Below are positions 28,679 to 43,811 of a DNA stretch of 64,000 nt, one piece after another. Position 1 is the first letter of the stretch; each line of letters opens with the position of its first letter. The notes under the pieces are model-generated. The model saw only the letters and a program-made list of their open reading frames with translations. It was not told the DNA's origin and made no database searches. The translations under genes and the position numbers were made by a program. The DNA comes from Octopus vulgaris (lineage: Eukaryota). The stretch is from assembly GCA_951406725.2 (NCBI GenBank), contig OX597820.1:62000001-62064000 (forward strand). Reading direction: 5' to 3'.

Positions 28679-29196
28679 AACTTCTTCAAGTATTACTTGA
28701 AGAGGAAAGTGAGAGTAGAGAAGCAAGTTTTGTCTAGTGAATGTTTTAAAAAAAGATGGGTGAATGTAGCAAGGATGGCACGTATGAATGACGAAGCCAC
28801 CTTGACTATGATTCTATGAACCGTAAAAATTAATACAGAGAGTTGCTTATTTGCAAAAAAAAAAAAAGAAATATGACATGTGACTTCATTGACCGAGGTT
28901 ACCGTGGTCTTTTCCGTAGGATTTTCTTTCCACGGGTAAACCTCACCTGTCCTCCCCTTTACACTTCATATTGACATTTCTGTGATAACGATCCCTATTG
29001 ATCAATTTTTTTCCTTTCCCTTTTTTTCCTCTCCCCCACTTTTTTTTATTTTATTCCCCTCTTTTTTGTCCTCTTTCTTTCCCTTTACGATCCCTTTTGA
29101 TCGAAAACCAAACCCCCTTTTTTTACCCCCAAAAGAAAAGCTCTACCTTGTAATTTGTCCTGTCTGTGTGCAGCCATGTGTGGCTAATAAAGAAAC

Positions 29197-29198
<2 letters not shown>
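28676..29198 (+). mobile_element. Tx1-like LINE, 5'-truncated copy (about 0.52 kb) in a (TATC)n array
   Basis: Begins ATCAACTTCTTCAAG (3-nt ATC microhomology with the repeat), carries the ORF2 end and 3'UTR, and ends GGCTAATAAAGAAACAT before (TATC)n. Confidence 0.9.
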
Positions 29199-29247
<49 letters not shown>

Positions 29248-29435
29248 GTCTGTCTGTCTGTCTGTCTGTCTGCCTGTCTGTATGTGTGTCTGTCTGTCTG
29301 TCTATCTGTATGTGTGTCTGTCTATCTGTCTGTGTGTCTGTGTGTCTGTCTGTCTGTTTTACTGTCTATCTGACTGCCTGCCTGCCTGTCTGTCTATCTC
29401 ACTATCTCTTCACTTGTCTATCTGTCTGTCTGTCT

Positions 29436-29477
<42 letters not shown>

Positions 29478-29534
29478 GTCTATCTGTCTGTCTGTGTGTC
29501 TGTGTGTCTGTGTGTCTGTCTGTCTGTCTGTCAG

Positions 29535-29603
<69 letters not shown>

Positions 29604-30685
29604 ACCGCGAGTGTCGCGTTGCTCTCAAGCAACTCTGCCGTCCTGGGTCGACCTTAAGTGACTTCAACACAACCAAAGCATTCTATAGGGGTTTAGTGGA
29701 GGGGAGGTACGACGACGAGCTCGGGGCGAACCTGGACGTCGACGAGGAGTACCTGACCCGTCCTGTTCAGGACGACTTTCGGGCCAGGGCCCATGGACAA
29801 CTTCCAGAGATCCCTGGCCTGGCAGTGCTACCGAGAAGCGCTACCCGTTCGGGATAAGCTCTACAGACACGGCTCGAGAAACACGGGGCCGACCTGCCCG
29901 AGATGCGGTCAGAGCGACGAAACCGTTCTGCACGCACTCGTTCAGTGTCCAACAATTTCCGACCTGTGGGCTTATGTCGAACAACTGCTGTCACGTGTGG
30001 GACGAGTCGGTTTATCAGCTGAGTCTATCGTCAATATTGTCACGCCTCCTTCCTTCAAACGGGAAGGAAGAGCTATTTTCATCATCCTTGTGGCTATGGC
30101 GAAAGAATGTATCTGGTGGACGCGTCTGAAAGGATTGGAGACAAACACTTTCCTCTCTGGTCAATCTCTCATCAACTTCTTCAAGTACCACTTGAAAAGG
30201 AAAGTAAGAGTAGAGAGGCAAGTTTTGTCTAGCGAATGTTTTAAAAAAAGATGGGTGAATGTAGCAAGAATGGCACGTATGAATGACGAAGCCACCTTGA
30301 GCATGATCCTATGAACCCAGAAATTGAAAAGAGATAGTTGCTTATTTGCAAAAAAAAAAAAAAAAGAAATATAAAATGTGACTCCATTGACCGAGGTTAC
30401 CGTGGTCTTTTCCGTAGGCTTTTATTTCCACGGGTAAACCTCACCTGTCCCCCCCTTTACACTTCATATTGACATTTCTGTGATAACGATCCCTATTGAT
30501 CAATTTTTTTTCCTCTCCCCTTTTTTTTTAACCCCCCCTTTTTTTTGTCCTCTTTGTCTCCTTTTACGATCCCTTTTGATCGAAACTCCCCCTTCCTTTT
30601 TTTTTTCTTTAACCCTTCAAAAGAAAAGCTCTACCTTGTAATTTGTTCTATCTGTGTGCAGCCCTGTGTGGCTAATAAAGAAACA
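29604..30685 (+). mobile_element. Tx1-like LINE, 5'-truncated copy (about 1.08 kb) in a (TATC)n array
   Basis: Near-identical to 51475-52592. A 1-bp insertion near 29761 causes a frameshift. ORF 29793-30314 encodes the CCHC finger and the intact C-terminus. TATC repeats flank both sides. Confidence 0.92.
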
Positions 30686-31032
30686 TATCTATCTATCTAT
30701 TCTATGTGTGCCAATTTATCGGTAATTTTCCCTCCTTGTGCGTTTCTAAGCACAAATCTGTACGTGTAAATCTTCTAACACATAGATACATCTCCACATA
30801 TACACACACATTGTCAACAAACGCCGCCTGTTAATGCATTCGCAAACATACACACACACATATATACGCGCAACAATGTTATGCAAACTAAGAAACGGTT
30901 TAGAAATGAAAACCGTGAACCGCCCACAAAACCGCCATCTCAAGCACCCGTCACCTCCACCGTACAATGACTGCACCTCCCAGCCCCCGCATGCACCCCA
31001 CCACTACCACCACCACCACCACCACCACCACC

Positions 31033-31066
<34 letters not shown>

Positions 31067-31923
31067 GTGCGTCGGTGGTGGGTTGGGCCATCATAAATCA
31101 GGCGGTCATTTAAAGTATAAACATCATCGTCATCACTGCCGATGCAGCCGCCACCACCACCACCACCACCACCACCACCATCGTCACTATCACAACTACC
31201 ATCATCATCATCACCACCACCACCACCACCACCACCACCACCACCACCAACACCACCACCACCACCGTCACCGTCGCTATCACCACTAACAGCATCCTTA
31301 TCATCATTACCTTTGTGAACATCAGCACTGCATTGTCATCGTCATCATGATCATCATGATAACGATCATCATCATCATAATCATGATCATTATCATCATC
31401 ATACCAACTTCATCGTCATCCTCATCACCAGTGCCACAACCACCACCACCACCGCTACCGACTGCAGCAGCAGCAGCAGCAGCACCACCACCACCACCCT
31501 CCTCCTCTTCCTCCTCCTCCACCTTCTCCTCCTTCTCCTCCTTCTCCTCCTCCTCCTCATCATCATCATTATCATCAACATCATCTTCATTGTCGTCATT
31601 ATCGCCTACGTCAATAGTCAACATCAACAACGATGAAAAACAACAAGAGAAATAAGGGGAATGATAAGAAGAGTCCAAACAATAACAGGAAGAAAACGTG
31701 AAAGAAAAACGAGAAATCTGAGAATGCAGCGAGAATGAAACGTTTGAAACAAACGTTTCCTATTCAGATAAAGTTGACGAGCGATTTATTGAAGCCATGT
31801 TGATACGAGTCATAGAGCCATAAGCACACAAAATCACGTACACATATAAATACAGGAACACACGCGGATGCATACATACGCACATACATTTATATACGGA
31901 AACTCTACAATTGCTGTATATAG

Positions 31924-31968
<45 letters not shown>

Positions 31969-32239
31969 TACACACTCATATACATAGACACGCACAGAAA
32001 TATATATACATGCATACATCTCATGCATAAGGGCACACACATATGTATGTATATATTCATACATATATACACACATTTGTATGAAGATTCCCGCACAAGC
32101 AATTAGATGGTCGTAGACACAGCAATGTATCATTCGCCCACATAAAGATAGTTTGAATAATGAATAGACAATGCTATTTATATAGGATGGACGCACACGC
32201 ATACGCATATACAACATCGACACACACATATATACATAT

Positions 32240-32275
<36 letters not shown>

Positions 32276-32389
32276 TCTCTTATATACGCATGCATTCATA
32301 CAGTTACACATATGCAAGAAGACATAAAAATTTAGAAATATATCAATCTATATGCATACGGACAAATGCTTACACACACAATATATATA

Positions 32390-32441
<52 letters not shown>

Positions 32442-33149
32442 GTGTACATGTATATATACATATATATACATGTATGAATGTATGTGTGTGTATGTATACA
32501 AACACATGTATGTTCACACGCACACACACACATACACACAGGGATGCACACTCACACACACACTTCTATATTCGTATTAATGTTTACTCTTATGTCAAGT
32601 CGTAGTAAAAACAATTTAACATTAATATGCAGAATTATTCAAAACATTTTTCTATAGAGTGAGTACTTATTAAACTTTTAGAAAAGGAGAAATGATATTT
32701 GACTGTAAAGTCCCGACAAAGCCTGTCAGACTGAAATCACTATTACTCCTCTACTTGTAAAATTATATATATATATACATATATATATATATTCGCCATG
32801 ATAGATCACTAGCCATTACACATTCTTTATTTTCTCTCCTTGTTTCTTTCTGTGTTCCTTTCTGTGGAAGAGCGTGGGCTCGAAACGCTAAAGAATTTTT
32901 CACTTCCCGAGCGTTATACTAATACATCTGTTTGTTGTCTACATTACCTGTCTTTCTCTTTTTTTTGTGTGAATTCTATCTATATATAAATAGGACAACA
33001 ACGCAATAGAGAGGATTAAAACGTTCGGAAAGATAGGCGATACAAAGCGGGCAAGAGAAACAACATTTAGGAGGACAGGCAAAAAAGACGGATTATTCTT
33101 GGCTTTCTTTCTTCAGTCAAGTACCAGATGTCACGACCACACACACACA

Positions 33150-33201
<52 letters not shown>

Positions 33202-34364
33202 TAAATATATTGGGAAAAATGTCAGAATTTTGGAAAAAAAATCCTTTAATTTCTTCATTATTATCAGCGAAATTTGATCTGCATCGACAAAGCTTGTATT
33301 ATTGGGTTTACGATACGTTAGTCCTACAGGCATTGTAGTATGTTCAATGTCCGTTTGAACAGACCGAGCCGTTCCATTTTCGATTTGTCAGCGTGCGAAT
33401 CTTCGCATATGAAGTTTTCTTTTTTAAAATGGAAATATAAAGTGAGATTTGCAAAAATAGCCGCTATTTCCGCTGGGTTACACGACCCCATAGCGGTATC
33501 TTTGTTTGCTCTTCATGTTATGATGTTGTTGCCTTTGTTGGTGTTTTTTCTTCATACCACAACCGATATCTTATCAAACCAATGATCAAAAACATTACTG
33601 TTATGATAATCGTATATTAAATTTAAACAGGGTCCATCGAAAACTACATTATCTCATGTGATCTTCCTTCCTTAAAATGGTAGGACACTATCTGACAGAA
33701 ATGTAGCTACATTTTCTTGCAAGACCAGCAACCACATATAGGCTCACTCCCTTGTTGACTAATAGTATTATATGCTGTTGAGTTTGTTGTCGCCCATTGC
33801 CATAGATTGCAATATTTAGAAAAGCATCAAACCTTGTATTATATGAGAAATTAAGTCCTGTTATATTTCTCTCTCAATTTTGCCCTGTATTAGCTTATAC
33901 TCACAATCCATGTGGCCTTTATCCATGTTGCAATTATTGCCATATTTTACCAATTAGATTGGAAGAGGTCTATTTTCTGTTAATATGTACGAAATAACGG
34001 GAAAATGTATAACCATTTATTCTCCTTAAACTTTCTAACAATCACTTATAACATCATATTATATATGGGATTAGGTATAACAGTTTTAACAGGAGAGAGT
34101 GTAAACGCACATATGTATACAGATAAACTCTCCCTCTCTTTCTCTCTCTCTCACACAGAAACACACACTTATAAACATATATGTACGTGTGTATATATAA
34201 GTGTGTTAGCGTTTATGTGAGTGTGCATAAAAGTAGGCAAATTATATATGCGTGCATTCATACATCCATACATATATATATATACATACATACAAACACA
34301 CAAACAAACGTTCGCGCACACACACATATTCATGGGATATATGTAAAAATATATATACACACAT

Positions 34365-34419
<55 letters not shown>

Positions 34420-34601
34420 TACATGCATATATATTTATATACGTATACACACACACTGTCTGTTTATCTATATATGTATGCACATACATATATACATAGA
34501 TACATAGATACATGCATAATACTTACATACATACATGCATAATATACATATATACATTCATACATACATATATATATATATGTATGTATATATATATATA
34601 T

Positions 34602-34658
<57 letters not shown>

Positions 34659-34677
34659 TATATTTATATATATATAT

Positions 34678-34788
<111 letters not shown>

Positions 34789-35128
34789 TACATATATAAT
34801 TTGCCTGCCATCTTTTTTTATATATTTCTCGGGGTCAAAATAAAATGAGTTCAATTTCGGAACAGACATACGAGGTCAATATAAGAATGGGAGAGAGTGG
34901 AGTAGAAAATGATAAAGAATATTAAAGAGTGGACGTCTGCTGCGAATGGTTTGGCAGCGAACCAAAACCACAAAGTAATTCTCAGCAACTATTCTCGATG
35001 TCCAGACGACAACAGTCATTGGCTGTAATGCAAAGTCTCGTATTATGTTTTTATATTCAATTTATAAACGGTTCACTGAGGCGGAATATAATCTTGCTCC
35101 GATATTGAAATATATATATATAAAAAAA

Positions 35129-35477
<349 letters not shown>

Positions 35478-35661
35478 CGTGTTTCTTTCGCTTGATTGAT
35501 TGCACTGTTTATCACTTTTCAAATATGTATGAATATAAGTACAATATGTATGTGTGTGTGTGTGTATACAGACGCATACATATATATATACATATATAAA
35601 TATACATGCATATACATTAATAAATAATATGTATGCCCATACATATACAAATATTTAATTA

Positions 35662-35742
<81 letters not shown>

Positions 35743-35842
35743 ATATATTTATATATGTGAAAACGTCTGTGGTGTGCGAGGTATGTGCTTACAGACATTT
35801 ACAAATATAGTCATTTATAAATGGAAACGAACCTATAGACAT

Positions 35843-35893
<51 letters not shown>

Positions 35894-36635
35894 GAAATAT
35901 GCTCTTGCAGCGTCTTTTCACGATCACCCTCCGTTCTCTCTATCTCTCTTTTCCGCTACCTACCTCTGTTGTACACATACACATAAAACTTCACCAGACA
36001 TAACATTATACATAAAATCGCTGTTTGTATTTAATCAGTGTATATATATATATATATATATATATATCAATACTAACTGTATGGGTTTATAATTTTTGTT
36101 AAAAGCTATGTGATATAGGCAATGAGGCGCAGTTGTATCGTATCTGTTAAAATAATTATTTAGCCTATCTCGTTATAGCACTGTTTGAATTTCGCCATTT
36201 CTACTAACAACTCTATATGTATTTAATAAAAAAAAAGCGCAAAATGTGAGAATATAAGGGCTCAGTCGACTATGTCTGTTAAATGATATTTGCTAATCCG
36301 AAAAAATTGCTGTAGATAGTGTAGTTTAATACCCTGTTGGAGCCTGATTAAGCATACTTCGATCAAAAGCTCTCCATGAACGTCGTTTACTATTAAAGAT
36401 ACATTGAATCTGATTTACAATTTTATATATTTCATGGTTTGAGAGAAATATGGATCGCATTTCTTGTGGGACGCATGTCCTCGTATAGGCTTTCTCGCTG
36501 GTTTGTATGAATAAGTATTCCATAGAGGAGACACGGGTTCCAACATTTTAAGCGTTATCACTCAGGCATAACTAAATGGTTACAGATCGTTTATTATCAA
36601 TGTGGCGTCTCATGTTCAACATCCCAGCGCACCTC

Positions 36636-37229
36636 ATTCTTTTGTACTCTAGGCACACGGCCCGAAATCTTTGGGGAGGGGGGCAGTCGATTAGATCGAC
36701 CCCAGTGCGTAACTGGTACTTAATTTATCGACCCCGAAAGGATGAAAGGCAAATCGACCTCGTCGAAATTTGAACTCAGACGAAATACCTATTTCTTTAC
36801 TACCCACAAGGGGCTAAACACAGAGGTGACAAACAAGGACAGACAAAGGGATTAAGTCGATTACATCGACACCAGTGCGTAACTGGTACTTAATTTATCG
36901 AACCCGAATGCTTGAAAGGCAAAGTCGACCTCGGACGGAATTTGAACTCAGAACGTAACGGCAGACGAAATACCTATTTCTTTCTTTACTACCCACAATT
37001 CGATTTAGGGTTAAACACGAAAATGAGAAGACAAACAAGGACAGAAAATCGGATTAAGTCGATTATATCGACTCCAGTGCGTAACTGGTACTTATTTAAT
37101 CGACCCCGAAAGGATGAAAGGCAAAGTCGACCTCGGCGGAATTTGGACTCACTCCGAACGCAGCGGCAGACGAAATACTGCTAAGCATTTCGCCCGGCGT
37201 GCTAACGATTTTGCCAGCTTGCCGCCTTA
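36636..37229 (-). mobile_element. SINE family B trimer
   Basis: Three cores in tandem with identical junctions GAAATACC|TATTTC at 36789/36790 and 36974/36975. Confidence 0.85.
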
Positions 37230-37239
37230 ATCCGGAATA

Positions 37240-37436
37240 AATATTTGCTTCATATTTTGCCACAAGACCAGCAGTTTTGTGGAGTGGTTAAGTCGATTAC
37301 ATCAACCCCAGTACCTAACTGATACTTATTTTATCGATCGCGAGAGGATGAAATGCAAAGATCGACCTAAATACGGACGAAATACTGAAGAACATTTTGC
37401 CCGTCGTGCTAACGATTCTGTCATCTTGCCGCCTTA
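37240..37436 (-). mobile_element. SINE family B, degraded
   Basis: Homologous core and head with an alternative tail. Confidence 0.7.
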
Positions 37437-37811
37437 TTAAGGTTTCACAAAGCCAGCAATCCGGAATATATATATTAAAAGGACTTTGTCTGAATTTCTC
37501 TCAGTCTAGTCAATTTCCTGTACTTGATTAAACAAAAAAATACTTAGATACGTACAAAGTAGAAATTTGCAAGCAAGAGTTAATCGAATTAACGGACTCT
37601 AAGTTTTGGATGGTAATTTATTCAATCTAGCCGAAAAGGGGAAAAATGTAAAGTTGATCACCTAGGATTTGAACACGGTATTTAATGTGCCGGAGTGAAG
37701 AAAAATCCATAGCTGGTCTGACATAAACAATTCTAACAATACATCGAATTTAATAAAACTAACAGCAATAGTAATCATACTGAAAAAGATGATCTTAAAA
37801 AAAGAACGGTG

Positions 37812-37863
<52 letters not shown>

Positions 37864-37910
37864 AGCTGCTGTTACTGCTACTGCTGCTGCTGCTGCAACT
37901 ACTACTACTA

Positions 37911-37954
<44 letters not shown>

Positions 37955-38002
37955 AGCTGCTGTTACTGCTGCTGCTGCTGCTACTACTACTACTAACTAC
38001 TA

Positions 38003-38052
<50 letters not shown>
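37812..38052. repeat. (CTA)n/(CTG)n compound repeat
   Basis: Direct reading. Confidence 0.9.
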
Positions 38053-38152
38053 AAGCAAAATACATGTCATTTTAAAATTATCTCTTATTGTTTTAAAAAA
38101 TGGTTGTGAAACTATTTTTTATGTTTGTATTTTTATACATACATATATATGC

Positions 38153-38185
<33 letters not shown>

Positions 38186-40296
38186 CGCATGCATATATAT
38201 ATATAGGGTCTTTTCATTTTTTCACTTTTACATATATATATATATATATAAATTATTTACACACACACAAGCATACATATGTATACGTCTACATTCGATA
38301 AGACAGTGTCCCAGTATGCTTTCAACCCAGTGGCTGAAACTAGTAGTATAAAAAAAATAAAGCAATATACCAAAAGAATGTCTGTATTTACTGATTCATA
38401 AGTTAGTACACATACACACACACACACACATACACACACACGCATACACACACACGTATGGATATTTGTTACTGAAAAAGATGTTTTTATTGTCTTTAGA
38501 ATAAACTTTAAATCTCTTTCTGTCTGTCTGTCTGTCTGCCTGTCTCTCTCTTTCTATGCGTGTATGTGTGTGTATATATGTTTATATATATGTGTGTGTG
38601 TGTATGTATGTATGTATGTTTTGCATTCATTCATTGGATCTATTCATTGCTGTCCTCAATTATTGTTGTTTTTATCAAACCTACGTGTTTTCAATTCTCT
38701 CATCATCACTTATTTTTTCTTCTCTTTGTTTACTGTATTTCATATATTTAAAATAATTTTTTTTCAGGTCTTCTTTAGTATTTTCATATATATCAAATAT
38801 AATGGTTACGATGCTATGCAATGACAATGTAGACAATGTATCACAGTGCTTGCCACATTATTACATTGATGGTGGTAGTATTAACAGTTGTAGTTGTAGT
38901 AGTAGTTAGCAGACGGAGAAGACATCGAAGAAGAAGCTGTGTTTTTCTTCAAGATAACTTTTTTTAATGGTAAATCCAAAATAAACATTCCAGCTTACTC
39001 TTGAAACACAATATGTACACAATATGTATATGTGCACGTTCCGTAAGTTTTTTCGATGTGTTATATATATGTACACACACACACACACATATATATACAC
39101 ACACGTATGTATGTATGTAAGTATGTATGTATGTTGTGTGTGTGTGTTTAATATCATCTGGGTAATAACCTCATAGCATTTCAAAGCTCCGATATGGTTA
39201 TCGGCCACCATATGCTATCATACAGCAGGAATACTCCTTTTATTGATCATACATTTAGAAATCCGTTGGTGTATGCAGAATTCATAGAAAAATAAAGTCA
39301 TAATACAAGAGAATGCATTGAACATGCTTTAATCTAAACATAACAATCGTTTCTGAGCATTAGTACCAACTGTTAGTTGCTGAGTTTTCCATATTATACC
39401 TGCTTTTAAATAAATATATGAACATGATCTAGCAATGGCTGTGTAGTTACACGTCATCAGGTGAGTGGCTTTAAGAGCACTTTCATTGCCCTGATTATTT
39501 GATTGTTAGGCTTGCACATCAGTAACAAGAGGAGTAGTATTTGAACTCTGATGGACCAGATTTGTTTGAAACTGTCCCGAAGATTCTGTCCGAGGATCAT
39601 GTTAATGATAGGCGCCGCTTATTTAGTATCACTGATTCGACGCTGGCCTATTTGACATTCGGTGTTTTAATGTCTCTCTATTTATGTGTGAACATATTTC
39701 TCTTTATGCGTTTGAAGAGAAGGTAAGTTTTTTTTTTGATGCTACCCGTTTTCAGTTAATAAATTGCAATGTCTCACACTGTCTCTGACCGTATTTGTAT
39801 ATTTCTGTGCTCGTAACTTTGGGTGTGTTTTCTTCCCAGTGCCCAAAAACGTACTGTCACCAAACAGGTCGATTGTTCAGTCAGCTGTAGAATATCATTA
39901 GTGTCCAAACAGCCGCGCCCGATTGTCTCATTTCGCAGACCCATGTGTAAATGTTTTAATGTATGTTGCTTACGTATTTCTTTAATCATCGTGTTCCGAT
40001 ATGAATCTTACTTCCCTGATTAATATTTATGCACTATTCACTATAATCCCATCTCGACACCACATATTCTGAGGTGGTGGAACTACCGGTTTAATGTATT
40101 ATAGTGCACTATAAATAGCTGGGTAAACAACACACATTTGTAATATCAGAATGACCCGCGTAGAATCACCGGGATAGCATCTAACAAATCTAGTCTGGTC
40201 CTCCAGATTTCAAATACAACTCTTCTTCTACACACAATGTAATCTTGAGTTAGAAGCAGAGCGATTCTATGTGCAAAAGACTGCAACTTTGAATTA

Positions 40297-40505
40297 TCGA
40301 ACCCAGGACTTATTCTTTGTAAGCCTAGTACTTATTTTTTTGCCGAAGCGCTAGGTTACAGGGAAGTAAACACAGACACAGAAACATATATACAACACAC
40401 ACACACACACACACAAACATACACATACATACATACATACATACATACATACATACATACATACATACATACATACGTACATACATACATACACACACAC
40501 ATATG

Positions 40506-40537
<32 letters not shown>

Positions 40538-40693
40538 AACGACGGGCTTCTTTCAGTTTCCGTCCACCAAATCCACTAAAAATGGTTTGGTCGGATCGAG
40601 TCTGTAGTAGAAGACACTTGCCTAAAGTGCCCCGCTGTGGGACTGAACTCGGAACCATGTGGCTGGTAACCAAGCTACTTACTGCACAGCCAC
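40297..40693 (-). mobile_element. SINE family A
   Basis: Homologous to the other copies, with an internal (CATA)n tract. Confidence 0.8.
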
Positions 40694-40804
40694 AATCGAA
40701 TAAAAGAACATTTAAAAACAACAATAACAAACAACAAAAAGACGTACTCATAGAATGTATTCCTTTGACGCTCTGTTAGAAAAGAGAGTTTAATGTTTCG
40801 AGCA

Positions 40805-40836
<32 letters not shown>

Positions 40837-41344
40837 ATACACGTAAATGTATATGTAAATAGATACTTACATGCATGTATGTATATGCGTGTACGTGCTT
40901 ACATAGGTGTATCAATAAATTTCAGTCGACAGTGTACGTCATAGATTGATATATTCATCACAAGCGTATAACATTGAAACGACCCTTTTATCGCAAATAA
41001 TATCTAGTCGAATTCGCTGCCAAGAATGCGTTATATATGCAAATCGGTCTCTCCAATTTAATTAAGTTCTTAATAACAGTAGGTTGGTAATGCGTTTATT
41101 TGTATAATGTGTTTAAAACCAGTGTTCTGTGGAGAATTAGAGAAAATTCGATCGCTAGTGATATCATAACACAAGATTAAAACTAAACTGATTGGCTGAT
41201 GCCTCTTTTTTGTCCACGAATATATGCTTTGTATAGATTATTATTGTGCCGGTAGGATCGTTAGCATGCCGAACAAAGTGCTTAAAGGTAGTTCTTCCAA
41301 CTCTTTACGTTCTGAATTCAGATCCTGCGCCTTTGGTACTGAGA

Positions 41345-42126
41345 AAATTCTTCTTCGTATCTTATTTTTTTCTCAAGTTTTGTTGGAACTCCTGGAGCTT
41401 TGCATGCGTAGAAGGCTTGCTACCTGTAGCCTACGGCACCATACTATCTAGTCTTTTCAGTTAATACTTTTTTTGTGATTCTAGCTGTGCCAAGGAGGTA
41501 AACCTTTGTAACAGCTCTATTGTGTACTCTATTCCGATTTCCTATGTCTGGTCAGGTGATCGCAGTGGATCATTACATCCCAAAGGATTTTGGAGTTCTC
41601 GTTTTCGGCGACTTCTTCTGGAATTTGTTGATACCATGTCTTTGCTCTTTGTAGGCCGTGATTTCCACAGAGTTCCCAATGGATCATTCTTGCCACATTG
41701 TCATGGCGTCTTTTGTATTTGCGTTGTGCTAATTTTGGGCATTAGGTAACGATGTGCCATACCGTTTCACCCCTCTCACCCACACATTTTGTGTCTGTCT
41801 TGATGTTCATATCTCTTGCAAACTGACCGTGCATTCTTTTTCCTTAATGTCTTGTTTGTTTAAATTTTTCTTTCGTTACACAATTTTCAGTGTTGATGAC
41901 GCCGGCCTTCTTCGTGTGTTTCAACAGTGGCTCCTCAGCTCTTTTTTATATGCCACCCTAGGCTGTTTTCCTCTGCTGCGATACAGTCCTGCAACTGATC
42001 AAATGCATCTCACCCTTTGTTCTGGACACGTACAGCCTATCGGTGTCACTCTTAGGGTGGAAGGCTCGGTGTACTATCAGCATTTTTCTGGTTTTGGTAT
42101 CCACTTTCTTCATTCCTGTTTTTTGC

Positions 42127-42127
<1 letters not shown>
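41345..42127 (-). mobile_element. R4/Dong-like LINE 3' fragment abutting (TAA)n
   Basis: Minus-strand translation gives KVDTKTRKML..HRAFHPKSDTDRLYVSR, CPKLAQRKYKRRHDNVARMIHW and KILWD. The 5' junction lies directly at a TAA repeat. Confidence 0.8.
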
Positions 42128-42177
<50 letters not shown>

Positions 42178-42219
42178 CATATTATTATTATTATTATTGC
42201 TGTTGTTGTTGTTATTTAT

Positions 42220-42386
42220 TTCGCCCGACGCTACTTTCTGAGTTCAAATTCCGCCGAGGTTACCTTTGTCTTTCATCCTTTCGGGGTCGATAAAATAATA
42301 AGTACCTGTTGAACAGTGGGGCTCGATGTAATCGACTTATCCCTTCTCTCCAAAATGACTGCCGCTCTTGTGGAAAAAATTGAAAC

Positions 42387-42388
<2 letters not shown>
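42220..42388 (+). mobile_element. SINE family B, TAA-flanked
   Basis: CTGAGTTCAAATTCCGCCGAGGT...AAATTGAAACC followed by (ATT)n. Confidence 0.75.
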
Positions 42389-42459
<71 letters not shown>

Positions 42460-42521
42460 TGTTTTTGTTGTTGTTGTTGTTGTGGTTGTTGTTATTATTA
42501 TTAGCAGTAGTATTAGTATTA

Positions 42522-43010
42522 TTATCTTTGCGCAGCTTCTGACACACCACACCTTTTCAGTCGGAACTCCATTCTGGTATCAGTACTGAAAGTATACACC
42601 GAATCAATGAGGGAACTGACTTTACCATAAAGTTTGAGGTCATCCATGAATAACAAGTGGTTGACTTTTTGTTGGCAGCTTTTGAATACATACTCAGCCT
42701 TTGCTATCCTCAGAATCAGTCTTAGTGGTATCATGCACAGTACAAATATCAGTGGGGACTGGCAGTCCCCTTGGAAGATGCCGCTCCTGATTTCTATTGT
42801 CTCTAAACTTCTTCCATATGCTGTTAGTTTCGACCTCCACTTCGCCATAGCTTTTCCAAGCAGTCACTCAACATTCGATGGAATACCAAATAGATTTATA
42901 TATTCCATAATAAAAGAACTTGGGATCATATCGTACGCCTTACGATTGTCGATCCATGGCATGGCTAAGTTTGTTTTCTTCCTCTTGCAGTCTACCAGGA
43001 GTTGATCTTA
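42522..43010 (-). mobile_element. R4/Dong-like LINE RT fragment
   Basis: GIFQGDCQSPLIFVLCM and VNHLLFMDDLKLY motifs; adjacent to (TAA)n. Confidence 0.85.
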
Positions 43011-43295
43011 CGCTTGCAACCCTTCTGTAATAAAGACAACAAACGGAGCCTAAAATAGCTGACAAATTATTGGACTATATCCGAGTATGTAATACTCATT
43101 AAAATTTATTTCTTTTTTCCGAATGAAACTTCGTATTTTATCTGTTTGTCTCCTCCGTCACTCGCATAACACGTTTAAACACACTCGCTACACTGACAAA
43201 GCGCTGGACTGCATCCGAGTAAGTAATACTCATTAAAAGTGTTGGACAATATCCGAGCAAGTACACATTTGACTATATCCTATCATTATTATTAC

Positions 43296-43405
<110 letters not shown>

Positions 43406-43424
43406 CATCATCATCATTATTATT

Positions 43425-43738
43425 ATCGAAATTACGCCGGGCAATATGCTTAGTAGCATTTCGTCCGTCTTAAGGTTTTGAGTAAAAATTCCACAGAGGT
43501 CGACTTTGCCTTAAATCCTTTTGGGGTCGATGAAATAAGGTCCATTTGTGTACTGGGGTCGATGTAATCAACTTAGCTCTACCCTGAAATTGCTAGCCTT
43601 GTGCCAACATTTGAAACCACCATCATTATTAGTTAGTTAAATTCATCCGATGTCAACTTTGCCTATAATCCTTTCGAGGCCGATAACTGACTTAGCCCTT
43701 CCCCCAAAATTTCAGGCCTTGAGCCTATAGTAGAAAGA

Positions 43739-43740
<2 letters not shown>
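43425..43740 (+). mobile_element. SINE family B, two fragments, TAA-flanked
   Basis: Cores carrying two different tails (TTTGAAACC and GCCTATAGTAGAAAGA), each followed by ATT repeats. Confidence 0.7.
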
Positions 43741-43804
<64 letters not shown>

Positions 43805-43811
43805 GTTATAA

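Noticed and set aside
32861-32900. Hammerhead-like CTGTGGAAGAGC-GTGG-GCTC-GAAACG
   Set aside because: Stem II and GAAA are present, but the CUGANGA core and stems I and III are too degenerate to call.
36636-37229. CRISPR-like or satellite array
   Set aside because: The units are about 190-bp SINE cores without unique spacers, the context is eukaryotic, and there are no cas genes.
39541-39728. Possible host exon ending at AG|GTAAGT
   Set aside because: There is a good donor site, but in-frame stops follow the nearest acceptor and the peptide has no recognisable homology.
39774-39989. Possible LINE endonuclease remnant (and an RTE-like remnant at 47700-48070)
   Set aside because: Only vague motif similarity; it cannot be supported without a profile search.
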